This document shows, in pieces, positions 33,944 through 47,200 of a stretch of 64,000 nucleotides of DNA. The notes beneath the pieces were generated by a model. The model did not search any database. It was not told the origin of the DNA and saw only the letters and a program-made list of their open reading frames with translations. The position numbers and the translations under genes were made by a program. Source of the stretch: Lingula anatina (taxonomy: Eukaryota > Animalia > Brachiopoda); contig CM120640.1 of assembly GCA_051362555.1 (NCBI GenBank), forward strand, positions 46,664,788-46,728,787. The letters run 5' to 3'. Each line of letters opens with the position of its first letter. Within the stretch, counting starts at the first letter, position 1.

Positions 33944-35343
33944 AGAGTCTGTATTGTTCACTCTCTTTACACAGAATGCCATTTTAGACACAAATGGATT
34001 GAGGTTAGATATATTGCTGAAAATCTATAAATATTCTGTATGCTTTAAGGATGATATACTCCATGTTTTTTATTTAGAGAACCATGGGCTAGAAAATAAT
34101 AGTTCAACACCATATATGTAATAATATTTCCACAAAGGGTTGTGTTTCTTAATTTTTTGTGTCAACACTTGTGAAAAAACTGATAATTTATTTATGAGTC
34201 ATAAAAATGAATTTGTTTAACTACTTTGTGTTCAACAGCCTGTTGCTGAAATGACATAAATTGTCTAGCAGAAATATTCTTGTTGAATGCCTTTCTCTTG
34301 TGAAGTCACTGAATTTTTCTGCATGATGACATATTTTGTATTCAGCATATTCTCACTAAATCTGCAATTTTAAGGTCCTTTAGTTCATATAAATGATTGT
34401 AAATATATTTTAGGCAAGGATTCCATTTACCTTTAATATTTATTTGAGACTGAATACAAAGATCTGTCTTTGTGAATATTACAGGTGTACACGTTTTCAA
34501 ATGGTAAATTTACTGCATTTGCATGTTGTTTTGATATATTTTGTGTAAATGTGTTCTTTAAAAATATATGTCACGGTAAAGACTTAATCATTTCAACCGG
34601 GGGAAAAATAATCAATTTTTCAGATACCTAATTTAAGAATAATAAAAAATTCATTTCTGTGTAGCAATTTTATGCTTATACTGTATAGAATGAAACTTTA
34701 AGGTAGTCTGGTTTTCCACTGTGTTGCTACCACTCAATAGGAGTGTTCTCATTTCAAGAATTTATCTCTTACAAAAAATACAGTATCTCAAAGTCAGGTT
34801 GAAATGATTGAGCCATTACTGTATCACTGCTTTCCATTCATATTGAAATTATATTATTCTGCTCTTCGTGTTGGATTTTTGTCCATAAGCTTGAAAACTT
34901 TATTTACAACAGGGAAGTTAGTCTCTTGTTCTTCCCCTTTGTGTATAATTGTCATTATATGTGTGTGTTATTCTGGAGAAAATATATCTAACCTATAATA
35001 TATTATAAAAATGCTATATAAAGGGTTTTGTGTAGTCAAGATTATGTAAATGGCCATGCACTGATTAAAAAAGTGAAGTTGGCTGAATAACTGTAAGAAA
35101 TTAGTTTTACACCTACCCAGTAGAATGTCTGTGAAGTTACATAAGCTCTTAAAAGTATGAATAGTTGGAGGAAATGTTAAAAACAGTGATAACATTTTTA
35201 ACCGTTTTTATATTATTATTATCAGTCATTAAGTTTTGGAGTAAATGTTTTATCTACGGGTTTATGTTCTTTGTTATGAGAAATTACTAGATTTGCTTAT
35301 AAGACAAGCATCCAACAAACCTCTGAAAAACTAGGAGATGCTT

Positions 35344-35573
35344 CGGGCTCTTTCTCAGTAAAACTCTGTAGATTGATCTTACTCTGCAGGGAATGCAATC
35401 AGATAAACAGATTGACACGCTTCCTCTTGGCATTGAGTAGAATGCAGGAAAGCTGATGTTTATACGAGTACTTTGGAAACAAGAGGAGGCATGTTAATCT
35501 GATTGCATTCAGCAAGAGTCCCGGGGAGTAAGATCAATCTACATAGAACCATAGTTTCATTGCAAATGAGCCC
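35344..35573. mobile_element. Degenerate foldback MITE between convergent 3' ends
   Basis: Nested inverted blocks GGGCTC/GAGCCC, TGTAGATTGATCTTACTC/GAGTAAGATCAATCTACA and GAATGCAATCAGAT/ATCTGATTGCATTC. Confidence 0.65.
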
Positions 35574-37038
35574 TTAGAGAGCCCAATCTGACCCCTCAAA
35601 AAGTAGGAAACTGCATTCTTTTTTTTTTCAACTATTTAATAACAATACATTTTGACTAATCTGATAAATGTCTACCACTGCAGCTCAGGCTTACTATGCT
35701 AAAAAGCAGACACATTGAAGGAAGTGGGGCTTTTTTTTTTTCAAAACTTTAAATGAATAAACTGAAAACATGGGTTGCAATTTTCTTAAAGTAATTCTTA
35801 CTCTGAATCCTAAATTGTTTTAAAGGGATTGGAATCTTGAAAAGGTTCCAGAGTCCACCCAACGTGGTGAGCTGCCCCACCCCTATCTAACATCCTTGAT
35901 CCCCTCGGTGAAATGTAGGATTTGGTTAACAATAGGCGTTTTTTTTTTTTGTTTTGTTTTTTTTTTTTTTTGTTTTTTTTTTTCTTTCAACATAACAGAT
36001 TGTCAATATACAAGTAGGATTATACAAATTCATTAAAAGACGAGACCGATAATGGAAATTATTTTATTTCATAACGTCATCAAACAAAATATAAGAATAT
36101 ACACTATGTACAACGAATATAAATTCAGAAAATTACTCTGAAGAAAGCAGATGTTTTGATCCTGGTCTACTTTCATTTCAACACCTCACTTAAGTCATAT
36201 TTTATCATTCATAGAATGAACTGTTCATGATGTAATGTTTAAGTGTCCAGAAACAGTGTCTTAATTTCTTTCTGTCATTATTTTAACCAGATTGACATTT
36301 CGAAAAAAGTGTCTCATACGCACGTTTAATTTGTTTTCATTCTTGATGGTTGTTACTCTGCTTATGGCTTAACCTTTTCCACAGAATAACATTTACGTTT
36401 GGTTTTCATTTGTAAAGTGACCATATACTAATACTGTCTAGATTTCTTACGAATTAACATCTTTACAGCAAATGAAAGCGTCTCGTTCACATGATGGCCA
36501 ACAACCTCCCTATAAGAAGGGGTATAATGACGTACATTTTTCTTTTTATATAAAAGATATTCATATCACACATTTAAGTGATGTCAGTTTGCAAAAGGCT
36601 ATCAACAGTTCACTGTCGCATCTCCATCTAGTTAAGCTGGACCCAAAACAGAACTATCTAGAAATTTTGCATCTAATGCTCTGTCCTCATCCACACACGT
36701 CGAGGGGGGTCTGCTTAGACTATGAAACACTGCACCACGTTTTGACATAGTTGAGCAAATGTTCAGATAACTTGGACGGATGAAATGCCCTACAAAAAAT
36801 GGAAACTTAATAAATATATAAACATAATATGCTTCTCAATCTAATATTTTAGAAGAAATATCAGAAATATAGACATATATCAACTCCCTATTCGGAGAGA
36901 GAAGACCAGTAAAACTTGCCGTAAATCAAGTATTTGCTCAAAATAGGAAAAATCACCACTGCAAAATTTCCAAAACTCTCCGCGTGGTTAAAACGGTTTC
37001 ATACGTATGTCAACTTACCAAGAACTTGGGTTTCCATT

Positions 37039-39790
37039 TTAGGACGTGGTCGTTGTTATACGTGCAGCCTCACTCCAGTAGCCCCCACGACCTGGTTTTG
37101 CTTTAATAGATACTTTATACAGTGTGTTGGGAATCAAACCATCTACTCTTGCTCCTTCTTGACGCGTTTCTATTTCCTGAAATAAATACATAGGCGTATC
37201 GTTATAAGGTTCATGTGTAATTAATTATCACAAGCATTTAAAGGTCGTAAGTCATAAACCAGTAACGTGGGATATCCCAACCACATCCCAACGTGGGTCC
37301 GTTTTGAACACTGCTATGCATTTTGTGATTCTATTTTTTCTTTTTTGTCCAAGGCAAAGCAGATATTTCAATTGTTTTACCCTTTGATCACATCCGGATT
37401 GATCTCAATTCCTTCAACTAAAAGTAAGTTCCTGCATGACTAACACTACTATCACTATGCGCCACACTGAAAGTGTTGTACTGATGCTTTACTCAAATCT
37501 AGCGTTCGATTAAGACAGTAAAATGTAATAAAATGTCCCCTTACCTTTATTGTACCGTGTTCGCTCTCCAATAAGACATTGTACATAAGCCCAGAATACA
37601 GTCTATTTGAACTTAGATTCTCGGGATGCGTCCACGACAACTGCAAATGCGACTGGCCCTTGTCCAAAGTTTTCAACTCTCTTACTGGTTTTGGTTTCAC
37701 TGAAAAAAAAGTTCTTTTTATTGTAATGTTTCAGTTGTTTTAGCAGTTTTACATGAGTGCATGAGACCTACATGTAGCAATATATCTTTATGCTCTTTGC
37801 GCGTACGTCAGACGCCTGAGATATCATATCAGTGTCATATCTTATAAAACGGTATTTGAAAGATCTTCCTACCGATTTCATACGTGTTGACCATTTCGTA
37901 GCTTGAAAAGGATTCTCCATGTTCGGGATGGGTGCCTCTGACGATGACATAATAGATGAACCCCGCCTTGAAACTGTCTATGCCGTCATCCTGTTGAAAC
38001 CTGCAGGTATTTCCTTTTGTGTGTGGGCACAGGTTCAATGACCCTGGACTGAAATAATAAATTTCAACTCAATTCAATTCAGTTCAATTCAAATCAATGC
38101 ATAATGATCTAGTTAAAATGTGCCAATCAAGAAGTACATGTTTATGATTGGATGGATATAAACATTCTGTATATGTGGTAACGTATGACGATCGTTCGGC
38201 GTCACTAAAATGAATTCGTGATTGTGGCTGATTCATTGTAGTCTATAAAACACCTGATAAAATAAAATCTCTGTGCAATGTGTTAAGATCTTGTTTGAAG
38301 AGTAGGAAAATATGTAGACTAGCGATCAATTGTTCTTGTAACGTTTCCTGGTGCAAACTCCACCTAATTTTTAAAACTCATGTGGTGACTTTATTCAGAA
38401 ATCCGAAACTCGGTGAAAATTAAGGGCAACAAGAGCGCTCTAGGATTCTTTTCGACGTGAAAAAATTTACGGCATGCATGATTTCAAGAGAACCTCACAC
38501 ATGATACCCTGACCCAGGGGTTTCGCTATCTTAAGCTACTTCACCAGCTGTTTCTTTTCCCTGGTCGATTTCTTTTTCAAATTTAAACGGCCACCTGCTA
38601 CATGTACATGTTACAGGTGTGAGTAGGCGTCTGGGGCATTCACTAGTTACTACTTGGCATTCGTTTGGTTTGTTGAGTTTCCTTGTATTAAATTTTCAAC
38701 TACATGTCGCTTCCCTGAAGATAAATAATTTAGTTTGTCGTCTTAAAAAGCGGGGGTGCTTTATGACGGAAGCTACTCATAATAGTTTCCCTTACCCTTT
38801 TTATCCAGCAAAACCTTTATAACAATATCATCTAAGCTTATGACAAACTATCACACTACTTACTGAACGGTCCAAAGAAGTGTGTAGTTAGAGTCCCGGG
38901 CAATTTGGGCGCTGTCGACCACTTCCCAACTACATATCATGTCTTCAAAGTTATTAGATATGCAGCGAATGTTGTCTGCCACTTTTGGTTTGACTGAAAA
39001 GAGCATAACATTCATAAATACCATCGAAATAAACCTACTGAAAAAAATCATTATAGTGGTATACAGGTCAAATACTTCAAGGGTCCCATTTCACAGGTCG
39101 ACCAAAACCCATTGCTAACCATCGAAAAAAACCCGACCCAAAACCAATTTCGCGCTAAGTCTTATCAAGACAAAAATGTGAAATCATTCTTGTGAAATTG
39201 GAGTCCTATTGTTGCTTTTGGGGTGAGCCATTGGACGCGGAGAAAACATTTCAATTCCCAAAAAGTAAACATGACTGAAGGCCATTGATCAAGTTAATGC
39301 GAGGTTAGATTACTTTGTTTAAATTTTACGTCTCTTAGAAATATTTTCGGAATTGTATTTCACCACAATTTGTGGTTTGATCAAGGAAGTCCATAAGTGC
39401 CAGTCTTCGATTAACTTCTCAAAATCCAGTTAGATTATTTAATTGTGAATGTTCATATTTGCCTCATACATGCATGTATTCGACACAGGCATTAGATTAC
39501 AACTTTCGCAGAAAAGAGGTGTAAATTAAAACAGCGGCGAAAACATTTTGAATAATTACGAATCGATTTACATCCTTGTACTTTCTTTAGTTCTGAATTG
39601 GTACCGAAATTATCAAAATCAATATCATAGATAATAGATTTAAGAGTCATTTTTTACGAAGATAAATACATCAAAGTATATCATTTTATCAAAAAAACTA
39701 ACACGTACCTCCCATGGGTGCTGCAAACACTGCACAGGGAATCAAGATAGCCAGATAGACGGTTGTCATCCTCATTCGTAAGCTTTCCAT
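37039..39790 (-). CDS. Secreted class I cytokine receptor-like protein: signal peptide plus one cytokine-binding module (two FN3 domains), no TM; 226 aa, 5 coding exons
   Basis: Exons 39790-39709, 38993-38864, 38048-37873, 37699-37545, 37176-37039; 681 nt in frame. Hydrophobic N-terminus VYLAILIPCAVFA; C-x9-C-x-W (CISNNFEDMICSW); second Cys pair CPHTKGNTC; VKPKP hinge; LSWTHP; LIPNTLYKVSIKA; WSxWS-like GGYWSE; TAA after ITTTTS. Confidence 0.88.
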
Positions 39791-39905
39791 TCTCACAACA
39801 ATTCTTTTCTCAGTGATGAACTTCAAATAACTGTCTTCTAAAACTTGATCAGTTGCCTCTGTATATTCTTGAGTAGGTTATGACTACTATTGGCTCGCAG
39901 GTCTC

Positions 39906-39962
39906 TTTTATAGACATCTTAATTTCCGGTTCCTGAGAAACGGCGGGGTGACAATGATGTCA
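39906..39962 (-). promoter_or_regulatory. Proximal promoter of the cytokine receptor-like gene: TATA, ETS, STAT, GC box and CRE/AP-1-like sites
   Basis: Minus strand: TGACATCA (39955-39962), CACCCCGCC (39942-39950), TTCTCAGGAA (39930-39939), ACCGGAAAT (39922-39930), TATAAAA (39906-39912), about 115 nt upstream of the ATG. Motif matches only. Confidence 0.68.
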
Positions 39963-42288
39963 CAAGCGTTGTGGACATAAGCACTCGAGGGCCTCACTCA
40001 CGTTTTGTTTGGATAAAATGTTTATGTTAACCCGCTACCGAGACGCATTCTTAAAGCGTGTTATTTCTATTTTTAGAATTTATGAGGCGTTGATTTCGCT
40101 ATACTTATGATCTCGTCTCTCTAACTTTATGTAGTATATTTTAATATAGACTTATCACATACTATTGTAAAGTGACAAATTATTATTTCACGTGAACTGT
40201 TTTGTGGCACGTTTTGAAGAATTTCGAGGATTTTGAAATTTAAAATCGTATCTAATTCGACCCTGATGAACATGTATCTGCATGTACTAGTATGTATAGG
40301 AGATTTTAAGGAGACCAAAAAATGGAACACCACCAAAATGAAAATGTTTAGCGATTCCGAAAATGTTTGGCAATATTTACCTCACGAAGTTGAGTTGAGC
40401 TCACGAAGATGGAAATCGTACTTGGGTTCTTTCGAAATAAACACGAAATTTGAGCAATTAAACAATTAATGGTTTTTAATGGTTTGGTTTCGCAATATCA
40501 ACGTATTCCGCCTAAGAACTTTAAAGATCAAATGAGACGATCATATTACATCACACCTTTTTAAAGACAAAAAAATTGTTAAAAAATATTATCCCAGTTT
40601 CCCATTATCGAATTAACCAATGATACTGTCCAATTATAAGTTCCCTTACAATTGCTTGAAGACTGTGTCTTGTTATGATAAATTGACTCACTCCATAACT
40701 TTCTTGTGTGTCTGTTGATATTCAAGCGGTATAGATATTTCACAATTAAAGGTGACTACTTACACGGACCGTTAAGCAGGTACCATAGACGACCAATTCA
40801 CTTGTCGTCACTCAAAAACATATGTCACCATGTTGGAATGGGGTCAGGGTCTACCTGGTATTGTACACCTGGGTGAATAAGCATTTTCTAGAAAATGTTG
40901 ATTATTTAAGAGGGATACAGACTAAAAATATACGCTGCAAAGCGACATTTTTTATAAGAACCGTTTATGTCTTTTTCCTAAACCGGATAATACATTTTTC
41001 AACCAACGCCCATCAGGTGGGTTATACTCACTACATATGTATTGTGCGTGTGTGTACATAATTAAATAGGCAGAAGCACGGAGATTGAGAGAGACGGAGT
41101 ATTTTATTATCATGCTACGCATAGAGGAAAGCGGAAAACAAAATTCTTGGCGGTTCTTCCTTCTCCCATCCATGGTAGCACACCGCACCCTTTTCTTTAA
41201 ATTGCAGAAAGAAAAAAATTGAATGGAATTATTTTAATCGTGTTGATTTTGGTTCGGTTTGGTCATTATCTTCTTCCAAGGGGTACAGGAATGCCCGTGT
41301 TGACCCCTGTATGCGCCCACTTGCACATAGATTTCCATGAAAACAGCTCTTTAAAGACACGGGCCCTGGTTTTAAGTGGTCAACAGGCTGGCAAAGAAAG
41401 CAAACACCTGATTTTGACACCACAAGAAATATAGTTTTTGCACAACATCGTGAAAATTTTATAGGTTTTATGGTGAGGTGCCACTCTTCTGGGTATAGGA
41501 TTTCTCAGACCCTAGCACAAAAGTATCTTTTCTTTGTTATTACGATCGCTTCTTAATTATTATTTTAAGAGTGTTTTTTTCGAAAAAATACATTTGAACT
41601 GCATTTTATTGTTAAGGACTGCTGTGAAATCATCCATTGTTTATTGTAAGCGCATATTTTCAAGAAAAGTAACAATCTTAAATTGCCTATTTGAAAAATT
41701 ATAGCATCAAGGGTATGTCCACGGGTGCGTGCTTGCAGCTAAAATCATTTAATTACTGGTAAATGTTTTCTTCTTTTTGGTCAAATTTTTCCAGTTTTCA
41801 TACCCACAGAGTTTTTAAAAAATTGTTAGATCATGGAAATAAAACCACATTGCGGGACAATTTCCAGTAATCGTAATGCCTAAGACACTTTTGTGTGGAG
41901 TTTCTAGAAATTAATTAATCAACAGCTAAAAGCATGTATAAAGCAGGGTATTCTAGGTACTACATCAAACTCCATTGCATTGTTTTTAAAGCTTTTGTTT
42001 TAAAATGTTTACCAGTCTCACATTATAAATTGCGCAATTCGCTTGATATGTTCCCTGGGTAAAACATAGATCTTCTCCCGCTGACTTTGATATTGAATGC
42101 AGTGGAAACAGACCTCAAGCTCAGGCAAACTGCAATTGCCTCACTCTTACTTCGTAAACACCAATGCATGCATAACAATTGAAAATAGTTATTGTTGCCC
42201 TGAGTCTTACATCATGCACGGCTGGGATGTTTTACGAAGTAGGGAGCTAACGTTTTACAACACTTCACATTTAAACTCAACTGCACTC

Positions 42289-42325
<37 letters not shown>

Positions 42326-44015
42326 ATACTGCAAAGGTAGAAAATACCGCTTTAATCTTTCAGCAAAACTAAAAACACATTTGCATTCTTAATTATAATT
42401 ACCGCTCGACCGCATATAGCCCAAGAAAGCAAAACTTTGTTATCTCACCCCTATTACTTGTACTGACTGACGCTGCGCACCGACTTAACCCAGTCGCTAG
42501 CGGGTTCCAGGTCGTCTTGGACCAGCTAGTGCTGTTTAAATAAGCGCATAACAAATAAGCCCAAAGTTTATGAAAATCACAATTTTTCTGCTTAAAAGGA
42601 AACGACCAACCTATATCTATTCCAGTCAACCTGAACCAAAGAGAGGTTTATGATTTGGATTTGGGTGCGAATGTTCAATTATAGTTCGCCTGGATCATTT
42701 CCGCTGATGCGCTTGTAGTAAAATCTAGGAACCTGTCACCAAAATAATGACAGTTTTTGACAGGGATAGATGTTGAATTCGTTCTAAGGGTTTTTTCCTG
42801 CCAAAATAATTTAAAAGTGCACATTTCTGTACATGTTCAGCGAGTTAATTAACGGCTGATTTAAAAGGTTAAGAAAAAGGGGAATCCGAGGAAGGTGAGA
42901 GAGGAGGTTATGACTTAAAAATATTTTCACTGTCCTTATAACTTGGGTAAAATCAGTTGTTTTGTCATCCATTTATAGCACTTAGTACACAATAATAGGT
43001 AAAGTTAATAATATTCTGTTCATGAAATTAACATTTGATTGCATCCAATGTGCATAGACCTGTAATGTATGTTTAAATAAACGCATGACAAATAAGCCCA
43101 TACAATGTCCTTGTCCTTGTGAACAGATTATGATGAAAATATGATGAAAATATTTTCATAATGTCCAGCGACTAGATTCTACAATGTAAATGATATATTA
43201 TGATAAGTTTTTGTTTGAAACTATTCTAAAACACGTGTAGAAACCAAATTTAACATATTATTTATGTCTTTTTCGTTTTCAAATGGAGGAAGTTAAGTTT
43301 ATATAAAGCAAGGAGGGGGATTGGAATAATAACAAAAACTAAAACAAAATGTGACAGTAAAACTAGAATATATATAAGTCTGTGATGGGTTATGTAAAAT
43401 GATAACGTAAGTTTGCTTTTGCTGACATTAGGTTTGAGTAATACACATGCAGTGAATAATAATAAAAAAAAACAAATTTGGTGGGGCTTTAATAAAAGAA
43501 ACCCCACTCATCCTACGTAAATTGTTCAGTTGCTGAAATATGTTGAATCATGCTTGGACTGAATATTAGGATAAAAGAACTATTGATTCTCTTATTGGGT
43601 GGTGGTGGTGGTGGTGTGTGTGTGTGTATGTTTCAGTGTGCCGATGACACCGTTGTTTTATATGAAAGCAGCGAATGGAACTTAGGCTTTCTCTGGTAGA
43701 ACAAGTTGCCACTAATTCTGACCTAAAACTAAAGCAGAAAGTTCTCTGATATAAAGAAATAATGCACAGAAGAAATGCAGAAGGAGGAGACGAGTGGGAC
43801 AGAAACTGTAAAAACAGGTCGCTCCAGATCCTCCTTATATCCTGGTTCTATTGTACTGAGTCCAACCTATGCACTGGCTTACTAAAAATCATGAAACAAG
43901 TTACTGGAGGCAAATGTATATATCAAATGTCATTGGAAAATCAGCCTGTCAAAACATTTTATACTATCTGTTTCCAGTTTTCTTCAGTGAGTCAACCGCA
44001 CCTCATGTACATCGG

Positions 44016-46292
44016 GCGATTGTCAAGGATTAAAAACAGCAAATTTTGAGTTTGTTAAGCAAAGGTTTATTTCAAAATATATTTAAATGACATAAGTGAT
44101 GGGGTAGTGGGGTAGTGAAAGACGCAAGGGTGGAATGAGAATGAGTTTAATGATTTGCTGGTCAAATACACGAGTAGTCATCTCATCTCTAAATTTTGTT
44201 TTGAACTTTAAATAATCATTTGATGTCCATTTTTTAATTGATTATGAACAATGTTCTTTTTTTTTATTATTTGGTAGTTATCAGCAGGATTCACACCTGA
44301 CACGTACTGCGTGGTGGGATATATATTGGCGGGACAGATGCGCTTCCACCAAATGCTTTCACGTACATACAAATGGCCGTGCGTGTGATTACCGGTTCTC
44401 TTCTACAGCTAAGGTTTACATATCTGACCTAGTTCAGTTTCCATTGAATGTTGTTTCGTTGAATGTTGCTTTGACTATTTGTTGCTTCCTGAATTGTGCT
44501 ATACGGAAATAAAAAAACGTAAGGAGAAACTCGCAACCTTTCCGCCGCGCCGGCTCATAGTTCGATCGGAAACAGAAACTTTGTTATGTAATTCTCAGTA
44601 AGCTATTGCATCAACACTAATTTCTTGTTTCTTGCTTCAATATCAGATTAATGAGGTAACAGAAAAATAATTTATGTTCAATAGATATTTGATGTCGGGT
44701 TCAATGTCAAAGACGCTAGAGCGACTGAAAGGCCTATAGAGGTATACGGGAAAAAAATTAAAATATATTTGATATTATATTTAATAAAAAGAAACTTTTT
44801 AGTAAGCATGTTTGATTATCTGATCTGATATCCAGGACTTTTCTGAATTCATTCTATCCAGTAACAACCGAGAACCAGAACAGGAGAACCCATGTACCGA
44901 TTAATTGACTGATGTCTATTGATTAAAATGCAACTTTTCAAAAGCATTTGGTCGCCCAGAATCCATGGTACTCAAGGACGATTACATATTCCATAATGAC
45001 ATACGTTCTCTGGCATATGCCACTGCCAACTTCCCGCTCTCAGCGCTTATTCACGTCTTGTCTGTTTTGAGCCAGGCAAAAGGCATTAGCCCCCACCCCC
45101 TCAAAAAATTGAGCCAGGCAAAAGGCATTAGCCCCCACCCCCTCAAAATATTGTGCTAGGCAAAAGGCATTAGCCCCTACCCCCTTCAAAAAAGTGTGCT
45201 AGTCAAAAGGCATCAGCCCCTGCCCCTTCGAAAAAGTGTGATGTCCTAGCTTGTTGCCTACTCCATTTACAAATTTTTGGGGTGGTCTGGTGCTCTGATT
45301 TCAGGGAGGTGGGTGGACCACAAATGTGATACCAGGTCGACAAATATTTTCTACATTGGCGTCTGGAGGGCCTCATGACCGAGGCCTATGAGTAGGCGCA
45401 GATTTTTTTATAGTGTGCGTCTTCATCATTTCTGTCACGGTTTTAAAAAACGAAAACATGCGCCCGTAGTGTTTTATGGGTCCTAGGCACAACGTTGTAC
45501 TTGGTAAACTTTGGTTTCTAAAAGGAAAATAGTTTGTGGTCCTCATGCTTTTATCATCTTGTGCTTGCTGTTCGTCGTTACAAAATAAAGTAATATTTAA
45601 AGTGTGAGGAGCGTTTTGATTTAAATCTATTTACAAAATGTGTTTCAGATAGGTATTATTGATTTAAATCGGAAACCACACACGCACCTTTACATTTCTA
45701 AATCGGGTTAAACTGTTGTTATATTTTGATCACGGTCTCGAGGTTCTTCATTTTGTTAGATTTCATTTTCACATATCATAGCTTGTGTTGGTTATTTGTA
45801 AGAAAAGCAATGAATCATTTGAAACTCAAAGTGCCTGAGAATTTGGCAGAAGATGAGGAAAGTTATGTCTTGAAAATCTAGGCCAACATGATCGAAACAG
45901 TATTACTTTCGAAACAGTCATTGTACAAGATATCAAGCCATAGAACATGAAGTTTTATTCAGCATACGTAAATATGCCCATCCGTGCTTTCATATCAGAA
46001 ACAACAGCCGTTGTTAAAGCAATTCCTAATTTATTGGCAAAGCAGGCCCACATAATTTCAACAGCAGTGGTTTATTTATTTACCATAAAGATTCTTCTTT
46101 TTGATTTTGTTTGACATCATTAGATAGTTACCATAAGACGATGAGTCACAAAGTCTCTTTTTTAAAGCTGAATGAACAAGTTAAGATAAAACGACTTAAT
46201 GAAAAAATCATTGTTCAGATTACAGAAGATTTTGAGGGACCCAATAAGAAAGTGGTATGTATTGCATCAGGTGTGAAGCTCTACTACTGCAA
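44016..46292 (+). repeat. Copy 1 of a ~2-kb diverged direct segmental repeat (copy 2 at 57360-59202)
   Basis: Collinear shared blocks, e.g. ATTAAAAACAGCAAATTTT, CGTAAGGAGAAACTCGCAACCT, GTAGTGTTTTATGGGTCCTAGGCACAAC and AGGTGTGAAGCTCTACTACTGCAATA. Confidence 0.93.
45068..45240 (+). repeat. Minisatellite, 4 x ~40 bp (GGCAAAAGGCATTAGCCCCCACCCCCTCAAAA)
   Basis: Direct reading; a single unit sits at the homologous 58381-58418. Confidence 0.88.
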
Positions 46293-46445
46293 TAGACTAC
46301 GGTAGAATTCCATGGTTCGATAGATTGTGGTTGCTATGTTGTCATGCTTAGTTGACGAATGCTGTCTATTTTGGTAAACTACAAAACACACACAGTAATG
46401 AACTACATCAAACACAAGCATGCTTTCCCAACTCTGTAAAATTAA

Positions 46446-46778
46446 AGGGATAACAACCGTTAGTAAGATATTCATACTTCACAATAAATACATTGTAAAT
46501 AACTCAATAAAATAAATTCTATTTAACCCTTAAACGGCGGTTAACACAATTATTTTGGAATTTGTGCTTTGCCATCACATCACGTGACCTCCATAGATGG
46601 CTACACTCTGTAATAACTTCTCAAGAGATTATTACAAAAGCCAAACTTTTTAGAAAAAAAAAACAGGGACTAATTTTGAATGTGGGAATGGATTCATTTA
46701 CCATTGGTAAGTATGGGAAAATTGTCCTTTACCCCAGGAAAATTCATTTTTTGGCCAAAATGAACGCTTGTTATCCCT
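46446..46778 (-). mobile_element. 333-bp MITE with TTAA TSD (Kolobok-like), complete copy
   Basis: ttaa|AGGGATAACAA ... TTGTTATCCCT|ttaa; interior is the reverse complement of the 4127 and 23053 copies. Confidence 0.78.
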
Positions 46779-46943
46779 TTAAGTGCACTCTTTCCTAATA
46801 ATTTTTGTATGTGTTTAATGTTACATTTTCCAAAATTTATGGATATAAAGCAAAATATGATGCATATTATAAGCGGAGAGCGTGCTATCAAGATCAGCGC
46901 CATGTTGCCCATGTCCCAGTGTTGTTACCCAGTATCGTGGACT

Positions 46944-46947
<4 letters not shown>

Positions 46948-47014
<67 letters not shown>
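46948..47014. repeat. (TA)n microsatellite
   Basis: Direct reading; source of the YIYI ORFs. Confidence 0.97.
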
Positions 47015-47018
<4 letters not shown>

Positions 47019-47200
47019 TGTATTACTCTGTGAATAAAACCTATAAAACGTTTTTGAATGAAAGAGGCTGCACTGAGGATTTAACCACAGTATTTCCGCT
47101 TCAACATTCCAACGAGTACAATAAACTTTAAAAAGTTCACGATACATCTGACTGATAACAAAAGCAGTGCAGTTAATGTGGTTATGGATATCGTCACTGT

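Noticed and set aside
33837-34121. 94-aa ORF after the PH gene
   Set aside because: Wrong frame; the spliced frame stops at 33943.
46805-47147. YIYIYI ORFs on both strands
   Set aside because: Translations of the (TA)n microsatellite.
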